In this document: in pieces, positions 6,531 to 14,924 of the stretch | Numbering within the stretch: position 1 is the stretch's first letter | Layout of the letters: each line of letters opens with the position of its first letter | Source of the DNA: an uncultured archaeon | GTDB taxonomy: Archaea > Iainarchaeota > Iainarchaeia > Iainarchaeales > 0-14-0-20-30-16 | DNA: 17,398 nucleotides | NCBI GenBank assembly: GCA_964565125.1 | Contig: CAZMCX010000001.1 | Span: 2,157 to 19,554 of the forward strand | Direction of reading: 5' to 3' | Notes under the pieces: model-generated | Seen by the model: only the letters and a program-made list of their open reading frames with translations | Told to the model about the DNA's origin: nothing | The model's database searches: none | Position numbers and translations under genes: made by a program

Positions 6531-9038
6531 TTAATCTTGTAGCTTTGCCTGTGTTGTGTTGTTGTTTTCCTCATCGTTCGCATTATCTTCGTTCTTTTTC
6601 TTGTTTGAGAATACTGCCAATAGAACTATTAGAACAATTATGATTATTCCAATTATGATTCCAATTGTGCTTCCTATTCCCAATCCAAACAAACCAGTTG
6701 TTGTGAACTCTGGATTTGGCTCAGCCATAATATCGTATGTGTTTACTTTGTTGCTGTTTGTTTCTATTGTCAACTTAACTTGCTTCTTAGCTGTTCCTTC
6801 TAGGTATAGTGGAACCTGAACATCCTTTGCTGTGTTTGAAGCAATAGTTGTTGTGATATATGTGTTTTCATCAAAGTAAATCTTTGCATTAACTATGTCT
6901 ACTGTGTTGTTGTTTACTATTTTTATTGGAACCATAGTTGTTTGGTTTGGTATGAAGTATACCTTCGCAGGCAACTCTAACTCTAATGGAAGAATCTCTG
7001 TTGCTGTTGGTAATACTTTCAAATAAACTGGGCTCTTAAAAATTCCCATTTCTGTTTGTGTTACCAAGTTCATTGAGTATTCTCCAGTTAATGCGTTTGT
7101 AACGTATACTGGAACATCAACTGTTTTCTTCTCTTTAGGATTTAAAGTTACTGATTTAGTTACTGAGATTATTGAACCTGTACCTGTTTCTACGAATAAT
7201 GATACTGTTATAGAAACATCGTATGGGTTCTCTAAGCTTGTAGTAATGTTGAAGCTACTGTCTTTCTCTGCACTTATCTTTGAGTTGTATTTTGTGATAA
7301 ATGCTGGTGTAGCAAAGAATCCTATTGAGTTGTAATAAACATCTTTTGTGTAGTATTCTGTGCTATTTTTCAAGATCAACTTATAGCTCTTTACCCCAAT
7401 TGATTTTGGAATTATAAAAACGTTTAAGTTAGCTTCAGCTCCTTTATCAACAACTATCTCAGCAACTGCTGGGTAAACCATGTCGTCGCCGCTGTTTTCT
7501 ATTATTACTTGTAAAGTTTTCTTTGCTGTGCTGTTATTCTTTACTTTTACTACTTGTGCGTTCTTAATAGTTGTTTTTGCTGATAGGGGCTCATAATTCA
7601 TTTCCAAATTTGCGTTTATAACATTGAATGAAATTGTTTCTTCTAAAGTTTGTTTTGCGCTATAAACTTTAACTTTCAATGTGTGTGCGCCAGATAAAGT
7701 ATTGTCGTTAGTTCCTATTGTTATTGTGTTGCTTGCTCCGGAGTTAGCTTCAACAACTATATCGTTGTTTAATTGTGATACTACATAGTCTCCGCCAACA
7801 TTGTCGTAAGCTAATTGAACTAATATATCTTCATCGGAATCATTGTAAATGTTGTATGTTGCATCTTTGTTTTGGCCCTTAACTACTGACCCAATTCCGC
7901 TTACTGATAACTCTAAAGCGTGGCTTAGGCAGTCAGTTACTGTTAATGTTAAATCTTTTCTAAAGTATTCGTTTCCGTTACCTTGTATTGATATATCGTT
8001 TTCAACTTTTAAAATGTATTCTCCGATAGTAACATCTTTATTGAAGGATATCTTTACCTTTGTTTCTTTGTTGTCTTCTAAGAACAAAGCATCTGAATGA
8101 ACTTTAGGCCAAAGAAGGTCTGAGGTTACTTTTGGATCTATTAAAACTTTGTGACCTGTGTCGTTGTTGAATATTACATAAGTCTCTAAAAGATCGTTCT
8201 TACAGAATGTGTCTTTTTCTAGGCTTATATCAAAGTCTTCGAAATCACTTACTGTTATTTTTATTTCTTTAGTTATATCATAAGATTCTGTATAGAACTC
8301 GAAAAATAAACTATACTCACCTGGAGGAGTGTCTTCGTTTATTTTAACTTTATATGTTAATTTTTTTGAGTCTGTTTTATCTACATTTATATATTTTGAA
8401 GAAAATGTTGGATCAAAATACTCCATTTCATCTTCGTCATCAAATTTTATCTGAGTTAAAATTTCTAAGTCCTTATTTGTACAGTTTTTTGCTAAAAAAT
8501 CCACTTCTATTGTATGCCCGCTTTCTACATTGTATATGTCTTTTGTAACAGATACAGTTAGATCATTTGAAGGTATACAATCGACATTTGGTAAATCCTC
8601 TGTAAAAGAGGAATTGTTTACTGTTATTTTTATTTCTTTAGTTATATCATAAGATTCTGTATAGAACTCGAAAAATAAACTATACTCACCTGGAGGAGTG
8701 TCTTCGTTTATTTTAACTTTATATGTTAATTTTTTTGAGTCTGTTTTATCTACATTTATATATTTTGAAGAAAATGTTGGATCAAAATACTCCATTTCAT
8801 CTTCGTCATCAAATTTTATCTGAGTTAAAATTTCTAAGTCCTTATTTGTACAGTTTTTTGCTAAAAAATCCACTTCTATTGTATGCCCGCTTTCTACATT
8901 GTATATGTCTTTTGTAACAGATACAGTTAGATCATTTGAAAATATACAACTGAAGTTTGGCCATTCAAATGCAAAAGCGAAACCGCTTACTAGCAATATT
9001 CCTGCCAATACAAACAAAATATTTTTTAATAAACCCAT
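6531..9038 (-). CDS. multi-domain cell-surface protein: signal peptide, array of beta-sandwich (CARDB/NEW3-like) domains, C-terminal TM anchor
   Basis: The likely start is ATG 9038, preceded by AAGAGGTGA 5 nt upstream. The ORF track begins at GTG 9047. The N-terminus MGLLKNILFVLAGILLVSGFAFA looks like a signal peptide. Modules of ~100-120 aa repeat, each ending in a G-E/x-Y-x-L/M motif (PPGEYSLFFEF, IGEYILKVEN, SGAHTLKVKV, TGEYSMNLVT). The C-terminus has a Gly/Ile-rich TM segment (GLFGLGIGSTIGIIIGIIIIVLIVLLAVF) followed by a charged tail. Confidence 0.8.
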   Translation of the reverse strand: MGLLKNILFVLAGILLVSGFAFAFEWPNFSCIFSNDLTVSVTKDIYNVESGHTIEVDFLAKNCTNKDLEILTQIKFDDEDEMEYFDPTFSSKYINVDKTDSKKLTYKVKINEDTPPGEYSLFFEFYTESYDITKEIKITVNNSSFTEDLPNVDCIPSNDLTVSVTKDIYNVESGHTIEVDFLAKNCTNKDLEILTQIKFDDEDEMEYFDPTFSSKYINVDKTDSKKLTYKVKINEDTPPGEYSLFFEFYTESYDITKEIKITVSDFEDFDISLEKDTFCKNDLLETYVIFNNDTGHKVLIDPKVTSDLLWPKVHSDALFLEDNKETKVKISFNKDVTIGEYILKVENDISIQGNGNEYFRKDLTLTVTDCLSHALELSVSGIGSVVKGQNKDATYNIYNDSDEDILVQLAYDNVGGDYVVSQLNNDIVVEANSGASNTITIGTNDNTLSGAHTLKVKVYSAKQTLEETISFNVINANLEMNYEPLSAKTTIKNAQVVKVKNNSTAKKTLQVIIENSGDDMVYPAVAEIVVDKGAEANLNVFIIPKSIGVKSYKLILKNSTEYYTKDVYYNSIGFFATPAFITKYNSKISAEKDSSFNITTSLENPYDVSITVSLFVETGTGSIISVTKSVTLNPKEKKTVDVPVYVTNALTGEYSMNLVTQTEMGIFKSPVYLKVLPTATEILPLELELPAKVYFIPNQTTMVPIKIVNNNTVDIVNAKIYFDENTYITTTIASNTAKDVQVPLYLEGTAKKQVKLTIETNSNKVNTYDIMAEPNPEFTTTGLFGLGIGSTIGIIIGIIIIVLIVLLAVFSNKKKNEDNANDEENNNTTQAKLQD
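8249..8940 (-). repeat. in-frame tandem duplication, period 369 bp (123 codons), with 323 bp identical between the copies
   Basis: By direct comparison, 8249-8571 and 8618-8940 are identical at every base. The 46-bp junction segments (8572-8617 versus 8941-8986) are diverged. This also explains the two identical 64-aa shadow ORFs at 8354-8548 and 8723-8917. Confidence 0.95.
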
Positions 9039-9065
9039 TACATTCACCTCTTAATCATAATCTCC

Positions 9066-9875
9066 TCATTTTTTTACAATTGTTTTGCCTAATCTGCCTA
9101 TGAACATTGTGAATAACACAATTGCTGCAAGTAATAGCAAAACATCAAGACCTATCATTACCTTGTTATTTGATAATAGGAAGTAGGGATTAAATACGCT
9201 TGAATCTTCCTGATAAGGAACAAGATAAGGATCAAATTTTATTAATTCTTTTTTTGTTTTTTGTAAATTATCAACTGTGTAGGATATTGTTACATCCCCT
9301 ACACTATAATCTGCATTGTCATACTCAAAAGGTATTTTTAATGCAATTTTACTTTTTTCTAGCAATTTTATGCTGTCGTTTTCTTTATCACTTGAATATG
9401 ACTCAGGGAAGTTATATTTTATAGCTAAATCTAATTTATTCTTACTATTGTTTTTTATATCTAATATAAGAATTCCTTTGTAATCTTCGTAAACTATATT
9501 TGAATTTACTTCAATTATATCGTTCTTTGAAACGAAAACTTGGAATTTTTGCTTAAAATCTGCTTGTTTTACTACTAATTCTTGCATTCCTTCTTTTGCG
9601 GAATCTATATCTGCATAAAGCTTGAAAACCCAACTTGAGTTTGGAGTAATTGCCTTTGAACTGTATTCTATCTTGCTTAGTGCTATAGTTCCCTCTGTAC
9701 TAGGGGAAAGATATTCCTCTTTGTCTGGAGTGTAAAAGCAAACTATTTTGTTGTTTGTATAAGATAGATTCTGATTATTACAAAAAAGTTGTTCACTAAA
9801 AACTAGCCCACTAAGGAGCACGATGAACAAAGCCACAATCGGCAATACTTTATAATTATTACTTGTGTAACTCAT
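9066..9875 (-). CDS. surface or membrane-anchored protein (269 aa), first gene of the minus-strand surface pair
   Basis: It has an N-terminal hydrophobic segment (VLPIVALFIVLLSGLVFS), a beta-rich body and a C-terminal TM segment (VMIGLDVLLLLAAIVLFTMFIG) followed by RLGKTIVKK. The TGA stop lies 27 nt upstream of the next gene's ATG. A TATA box sits at the leaderless distance from its ATG. Confidence 0.7.
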   Translation of the reverse strand: MSYTSNNYKVLPIVALFIVLLSGLVFSEQLFCNNQNLSYTNNKIVCFYTPDKEEYLSPSTEGTIALSKIEYSSKAITPNSSWVFKLYADIDSAKEGMQELVVKQADFKQKFQVFVSKNDIIEVNSNIVYEDYKGILILDIKNNSKNKLDLAIKYNFPESYSSDKENDSIKLLEKSKIALKIPFEYDNADYSVGDVTISYTVDNLQKTKKELIKFDPYLVPYQEDSSVFNPYFLLSNNKVMIGLDVLLLLAAIVLFTMFIGRLGKTIVKK

Positions 9876-9899
9876 AGAATTAATATGGGTTAAGAAAGG

Positions 9900-9907
9900 T
9901 TTATAAA
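9900..9907 (-). promoter_or_regulatory. TATA box TTTATAAA for the minus-strand surface operon
   Basis: This palindromic octamer matches the archaeal TATA consensus. Its edge is 24 nt from the ATG at 9875-9873, which implies a leaderless transcript. Confidence 0.5.
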
Positions 9908-9995
9908 TGGTTGCTTTTGAGTTAAGGAGTTAAAAATCAATTTTTTCTGCATATTTGCAGGTGTTTTGGCGACAAGCTTATATATTATAACTCTT

Positions 9996-10003
9996 TTTAT
10001 AAA
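9996..10003 (+). promoter_or_regulatory. TATA box TTTATAAA for the giant surface-protein gene
   Basis: This is the same octamer as at 9900-9907. It ends 22 nt upstream of ATG 10026. Confidence 0.5.
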
Positions 10004-10025
10004 ATATAACTTAATTGGGGATTTT

Positions 10026-13000
10026 ATGACAGGAAAGTTATTTCTTTTTTTTAGTGTTTTTTTTGTGTTGTTAATGTCCCTTAGTTTTGGGGCAACATTA
10101 ACTGATTGTAATACAACCATAAGCGCGTCAGGGACTTATTATTTACAGAATGATTTGAATCTTGATGCTAATTATCTTACAATCTCTTTAAGGGGTATAG
10201 ACAGAAATGTTTGTATTTATTCACCAGATTTTAATAATGTAGAAATTGACTTTAATGGCTTTAAAATTTTTCACGAGGGAACTCTAACAGACTCCAATAA
10301 TATTGGTGTTCTGTTTGCGGGATCTGGAGACTATATTACTGATATAAATGTTGTTGACGGTACAGCAATAGGAATCTCAGATTTAGTTGATTTTAACACT
10401 GGTGCAGCAGATGTAATAATTTCTGATGCAAACACACAGGGTTTTATAGTGGGTGTTACATCTTGTGGTTTGGATATTTCAACAGTAAATAGAGGTATAG
10501 ATGATATTGGGGACCAACTTTATGGCCAATTCTTTTTGGCTAATGACCTGAATGTGGAAGAAATTGATTTAACAGATGATAATGCCTGTATAAGTCTTGA
10601 TAGCGATTACCTTTGGCTGGCTTGTAGCAGAAAGGCAATTAATGGGCTAAACACAAGAGGAAAAATCGGGGTATATGGGGGGGCCCCGTTGTACTCAAAT
10701 ATTGTTGCAAGTTGTGATTTTAATAATTTATACGAAGCAATAAGACTTGACGGCACAAACGAAGATTATATTTTAATGGATAACCATTTTAACGATATTA
10801 ATTCTTTGTATCTTGTTGATGATGTAAATATAATAGTAACTCCAGATAATCTTGTGGACGATAAAAACATTTTCTGGTTCAATAATTATCACTATGATGT
10901 GAACCTTCCACAAGACGGCGGCGGAAGAATTTATTATTCTGATCTGAATTGCCCAAGTAGTTTTGACTATAATAATGCCGCCGCTTTCATGTTTTATAAT
11001 TGTAATTATGCCACAACATTAGACATAAACGGGCTGGCTGTTGATTCTAATATTATTACTGGTGCGGGGGCTTTATCACCTTTTAGTTTTGTAGATTCAA
11101 ATAATATTTCTGTGCATGATTACGAAATAAGTCTGTTACCAATGGATTCTGTTGATGCTATTACAGAGCGTTCTTTTGCTTCTACTTGGGATATAGTTAT
11201 GGGTGGTGATAGTGCTTGTAATACAGAATTTGTTGTAGGTGGTGGTAATGAATACTTAGAAGTTTATAATATTTATGGAAACTATGATAATAACCAGGCC
11301 TTTGTACATACTGGGAATATAAAATACCACGATATAAATTTGGAAGGAGATGTATATTTCTCTGCAATTCCATTAAAAGGGTATCTTTTAAAGGACTTTA
11401 CTATAAATGGGGTTGGGTTGTGGGCTTTTGATGGCTCTATATCAGATTATAATTGTCCAACAGATTTAAACTCAGATTATGCTGGTGGGGGATATTATGC
11501 GTTTTTTAACTGTGCTACCGAATTGGATTTTAACGGTCTTGTTTTAAGTCCTGATTTTTCAAATAGATTTTTTTCCAATGCTGCACAAAATTATGGAATT
11601 ATAACTTCTGGGACAAAACCTTTGAATATTACAAATTTAAATGAAAGGTTTGTAAATAGCGGAATATATGGTGGTTTAATAAATATAAGTGATTCAAACC
11701 TTTCTGATACGTCCTCTGATGCGAATAATATAATTGTTTACTCTTGTAATTCTGATATTAATATTTATGATACAAACATATCTGCTTTAGAATACCATTT
11801 CCCTTTGCTTATTGATGCAAATTCTGCTGTAGATATTAACAGCACAAATATTACTACTACAAATCAATCTGCTATTACTACTGGAACGTATGGGGCCACA
11901 CATTGTGTTTCTGGGGAAATGGCTAATAGTGATATTAATGGTGTTGAGGGGGTAAATGGGCTTGCAATGGATATAAACAATTCTTCTAATTGTCCTGAAA
12001 CTTTAGATATAAACAACAATAACTTCTTTGGTGCAACAATAATGTTTAATTATTTTGGAAATTTTTTAGATAACAATTATGATGATTCTAATTCTACACC
12101 TGCAGATTTTAATGATTCAATAGATGCAAACTTTTACAATAATACCTTTGAGATAGTTGATTTCTATAATGCAGAAGGAACAGTAAATTTTTATGATAAT
12201 ATTGTAACTTCAAACCTAACTGCAACAAGCTCGATAAATATTGTGGATTCAAATCTGGTTGCCACAATTTATGACAATAATATTTACAATTCTTTTGATT
12301 GTTTAACTTGCACAAATATGTTAATTTCTGGAGATACTAATGGTCAGTATTCAATTTACAACAACAAATTTTATGTTGAGAATGATGCAAACTACCTAGA
12401 TATTTCTGTAGATTCTTTAGATATTACTTTAGATCTAAATACTACTTTGGATTGTACAGGTAGTAGGAACATAATTCAAGGCACCTGTGTTGGTGGAAAT
12501 TATTGGACCTCTGGGGCTTATATTGGACAATCTGATATTTGTGAAGACCGAGCTCCTTATTATGGGGTTTGTGATACAAATTATTCTCCTTCAGGGCAAT
12601 CAACTTTCTATGACTACCATCCTTTGGCAGATATGATGTTTGTTGATCCAGGTGTAAGCCCATCAAATGTGGAATACACGGATGGGTCAGATTCTGTAGA
12701 ATTTAATTTGGCAACTAGTTTTTATGATTTGTATTACAATGCGGGCCTTGGAGATTATTATAAAGATGGAGTAAATGTTGATGTGAATTTATCATTGTAT
12801 TATGTTCTAGTAAGTAGTTGGGATCAATTTGATTATAAGTTAAGAAAATTAATAACAATTACAAATAATGACTCTGTTCAAAAGAATTCTTTTACTCTTG
12901 ATCTAAATTTTGAAGATTATTCTGGACTTGATATTAACCCATATCAAATAACTTTTTCAAGCGAAATTGACCACTATACAATTTTAAATACAGATATAAA

Positions 13001-14924
13001 TGCTTTAAAGGTGGAAGTGGCTTTGGATGACTTTTTAGCTGCTGGGGCAGATACAGATATTTATGTTTATTATGACTACAAATGGTATGATAAAGAAGAC
13101 GATGTTAATGTAACGTATCCAAATTTTTACTCTTGGAAGTCATCGGAATTATATACTGACTTTAATGGTAATTTTTATGGTGTTGAACCTGCTAACTCTA
13201 CTTATTCATTTGGGGTAGGAACAAATAATTTAGGTAGTAATAGTGATATCCAAATATTCTTGTTCAATGAAGAAGATGACGGAAGAGTTTCTTCAAGTGC
13301 AATAGTAGAAATAGATGGTAATGCAGTAGGATATGGTGGAGTGTATAACTCTGACGATGGAAACTATCTTGTATATGGAAAGTTAGATTCCAATGCAGCA
13401 GCATATCTGCTTGATGGAAATGATTTAAATACTTTGATTACTACTTATGATTTTAATTATTCTGGGTCAGTAACCGAGGGGATAATTGGTTCCGATGGAA
13501 ACTATTATTTATTAGTGGGAAGAGATGTTAATGCAACAGTTTATAAGTTATCTTCTGATTTGGAAACTACTTATGACTCAAACTTTTTGAATGATATTAC
13601 TGTTGAAAAAGACATAATAGAGTCAGACGGAAACATCTTAGTTTTGGGGGTAACTTCCTCGGGGGATAGTTTGATATATGACTTAAATTTAGATTTGGAT
13701 GTGTCTTCTAGCCTTACAATTAGTGAGGTATTAATAGTTGAAATGGAAGAAGATGAAGATGGAAATATAATTCTTGTTGGAAGAGATGATGGTAATTATG
13801 TAATATTAACTAAATATGATCGAGATATGTCTACTTTAATTTCTGATAAAAACTATTCTGATTATACAGTAGATAATACTGATTATATAGACTTGGAAAT
13901 CTATGATGGAAATACCTATTATAATGGCTCTGAAAGAGATTACAATTATATTTTGAGATTTTCAAATAGAGACACTATCCAGAATTCATGGATTTTATAT
14001 TTAGACTCTGATTTAAATGTGATTGCGAGGTCATATTATCCAGACATAGTGTTTACAAGAGAGGCAACAATAGCAAATAATAAATATTATGTTGGACTAT
14101 CTAGTGTTCCTTATGCGGAAGTATACACTATAGAATTATATCGTGAAGATGTAAATACTGCTGGGGCATATAATGAACCAACTCTTCTTACAAGTGGGAC
14201 AATAAAAGATTATTGTGGCACTACAAACTTGGCAGAGCAAGTAGGGGACGATTGTAATTATCTGGCAAACTTTTCGGGGTTCACTAATGATGTAAATTAT
14301 GTAATGATGATGTATGGTGAATCAAGAACTGCAAGCCAGTTGTTTAGGAAAAATATGAATTACTTTTTCTTTAGTGTTCCTACAATAAACACTGGCGGCG
14401 GAATTCCAGGTGGGGATGACCCTGGTGATGGAGACCCGGGCGCAGATGATGATGTGCCAGATGATGATGCGCCAGATATTGAGCCAATTATTCCTGATGA
14501 AAATCCGGCCATATTTGACCCAGATGGGAATGAGTCAGAACCAATAATTGAGTTTAAACCAGAAATATTTTTTGGAGAAAGCCAAGGAATTGGAATTTTT
14601 AAGGATAATGTGTGCGTGGTTGGTGCAAAAATAAAAGTGATAAGCTCAAGTGGAAAAGTAGAAGAATATGTAATGGACGAGAAATGTAATTTAGAGTTTA
14701 TTCCTACTGAAGAAGGAAACTATATTATGGAAATTACCTTGCCTGATGGCACGAAGATAATAAAACAGTTTAAAGTAAAACCAAAAAGTAAAGTTGGATT
14801 GTTTGATGACGGGGTCATGATTTGGGTATATATTGTATTAAGTATTGTGGTGCTTGGGTCAATTGGATATATTGTTTATAAGTTTTTTATTAAAGATAGA
14901 ATGAGGGGTTTAGGGAATGTATAA
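10026..14924 (+). CDS. giant cell-surface protein (1632 aa): signal peptide, right-handed beta-helix (NosD/PbH1-like) region, DUF2341-like domain, propeller-like repeats, acidic Pro-rich linker, Ig-like domain, C-terminal TM anchor
   Basis: ATG 10026 is the first ATG; the track's TTG 9966 extension has no signal peptide. The evidence, in N-to-C order:
- Signal peptide: MTGKLFLFFSVFFVLLMSLSFGA.
- Beta-helix start: CNTTISASGTYYLQNDL is typical of beta-helix proteins.
- Three modules recur, marked by NCPSSFDYNN.., NCPTDLNSDY.. and NCPETLDINN...
- Beta-helix end: GGNYWTSG...YDYHPLA resembles the GGNYWsdy...D.yPL end motif of NosD-like proteins.
- DUF2341-like domain: WDQFDYKLRKLITITNN...DIYVYYDY.
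- SBBP-like blades: DGNYYLLVGRD, DGNILVLGVTSSGD and DGNIILVGRDDGNYVILTKYD.
- Acidic linker: PGGDDPGDGDPGADDDVPDDDAPD.
- TM segment: VMIWVYIVLSIVVLGSIGYIVY. Confidence 0.85.
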   Translation: MTGKLFLFFSVFFVLLMSLSFGATLTDCNTTISASGTYYLQNDLNLDANYLTISLRGIDRNVCIYSPDFNNVEIDFNGFKIFHEGTLTDSNNIGVLFAGSGDYITDINVVDGTAIGISDLVDFNTGAADVIISDANTQGFIVGVTSCGLDISTVNRGIDDIGDQLYGQFFLANDLNVEEIDLTDDNACISLDSDYLWLACSRKAINGLNTRGKIGVYGGAPLYSNIVASCDFNNLYEAIRLDGTNEDYILMDNHFNDINSLYLVDDVNIIVTPDNLVDDKNIFWFNNYHYDVNLPQDGGGRIYYSDLNCPSSFDYNNAAAFMFYNCNYATTLDINGLAVDSNIITGAGALSPFSFVDSNNISVHDYEISLLPMDSVDAITERSFASTWDIVMGGDSACNTEFVVGGGNEYLEVYNIYGNYDNNQAFVHTGNIKYHDINLEGDVYFSAIPLKGYLLKDFTINGVGLWAFDGSISDYNCPTDLNSDYAGGGYYAFFNCATELDFNGLVLSPDFSNRFFSNAAQNYGIITSGTKPLNITNLNERFVNSGIYGGLINISDSNLSDTSSDANNIIVYSCNSDINIYDTNISALEYHFPLLIDANSAVDINSTNITTTNQSAITTGTYGATHCVSGEMANSDINGVEGVNGLAMDINNSSNCPETLDINNNNFFGATIMFNYFGNFLDNNYDDSNSTPADFNDSIDANFYNNTFEIVDFYNAEGTVNFYDNIVTSNLTATSSINIVDSNLVATIYDNNIYNSFDCLTCTNMLISGDTNGQYSIYNNKFYVENDANYLDISVDSLDITLDLNTTLDCTGSRNIIQGTCVGGNYWTSGAYIGQSDICEDRAPYYGVCDTNYSPSGQSTFYDYHPLADMMFVDPGVSPSNVEYTDGSDSVEFNLATSFYDLYYNAGLGDYYKDGVNVDVNLSLYYVLVSSWDQFDYKLRKLITITNNDSVQKNSFTLDLNFEDYSGLDINPYQITFSSEIDHYTILNTDINALKVEVALDDFLAAGADTDIYVYYDYKWYDKEDDVNVTYPNFYSWKSSELYTDFNGNFYGVEPANSTYSFGVGTNNLGSNSDIQIFLFNEEDDGRVSSSAIVEIDGNAVGYGGVYNSDDGNYLVYGKLDSNAAAYLLDGNDLNTLITTYDFNYSGSVTEGIIGSDGNYYLLVGRDVNATVYKLSSDLETTYDSNFLNDITVEKDIIESDGNILVLGVTSSGDSLIYDLNLDLDVSSSLTISEVLIVEMEEDEDGNIILVGRDDGNYVILTKYDRDMSTLISDKNYSDYTVDNTDYIDLEIYDGNTYYNGSERDYNYILRFSNRDTIQNSWILYLDSDLNVIARSYYPDIVFTREATIANNKYYVGLSSVPYAEVYTIELYREDVNTAGAYNEPTLLTSGTIKDYCGTTNLAEQVGDDCNYLANFSGFTNDVNYVMMMYGESRTASQLFRKNMNYFFFSVPTINTGGGIPGGDDPGDGDPGADDDVPDDDAPDIEPIIPDENPAIFDPDGNESEPIIEFKPEIFFGESQGIGIFKDNVCVVGAKIKVISSSGKVEEYVMDEKCNLEFIPTEEGNYIMEITLPDGTKIIKQFKVKPKSKVGLFDDGVMIWVYIVLSIVVLGSIGYIVYKFFIKDRMRGLGNV

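Noticed and set aside
6531-6680. PGF-CTERM/archaeosortase-type sorting signal at the C-terminus of the 835-aa protein
   Set aside because: There is no PGF, PEF or similar tripeptide; the sequence is GLFGLG. The TM helix is followed by a ~25-aa charged tail rather than the short basic tail of sortase-type signals. I treat it as a plain TM anchor.
8354-8917. Two identical 64-aa plus-strand ORFs (8354-8548 and 8723-8917)
   Set aside because: They are antisense shadows of the tandem duplication inside the minus-strand surface gene. Their translation is low-complexity and Leu/Phe-rich.
8249-8940. CRISPR array or diversity-generating retroelement TR/VR pair
   Set aside because: The repeat unit is 369 bp, there are only two copies, and it lies in frame inside a CDS, so it is not CRISPR-like. 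The copies are identical rather than differing at adenines, and the window has no reverse transcriptase, so there is no DGR signature.
9966-10025. N-terminal extension of the giant ORF from TTG 9966
   Set aside because: The extension would bury the signal peptide and would cover the TATA box at 9996-10003. The first ATG, at 10026, gives a canonical signal peptide.
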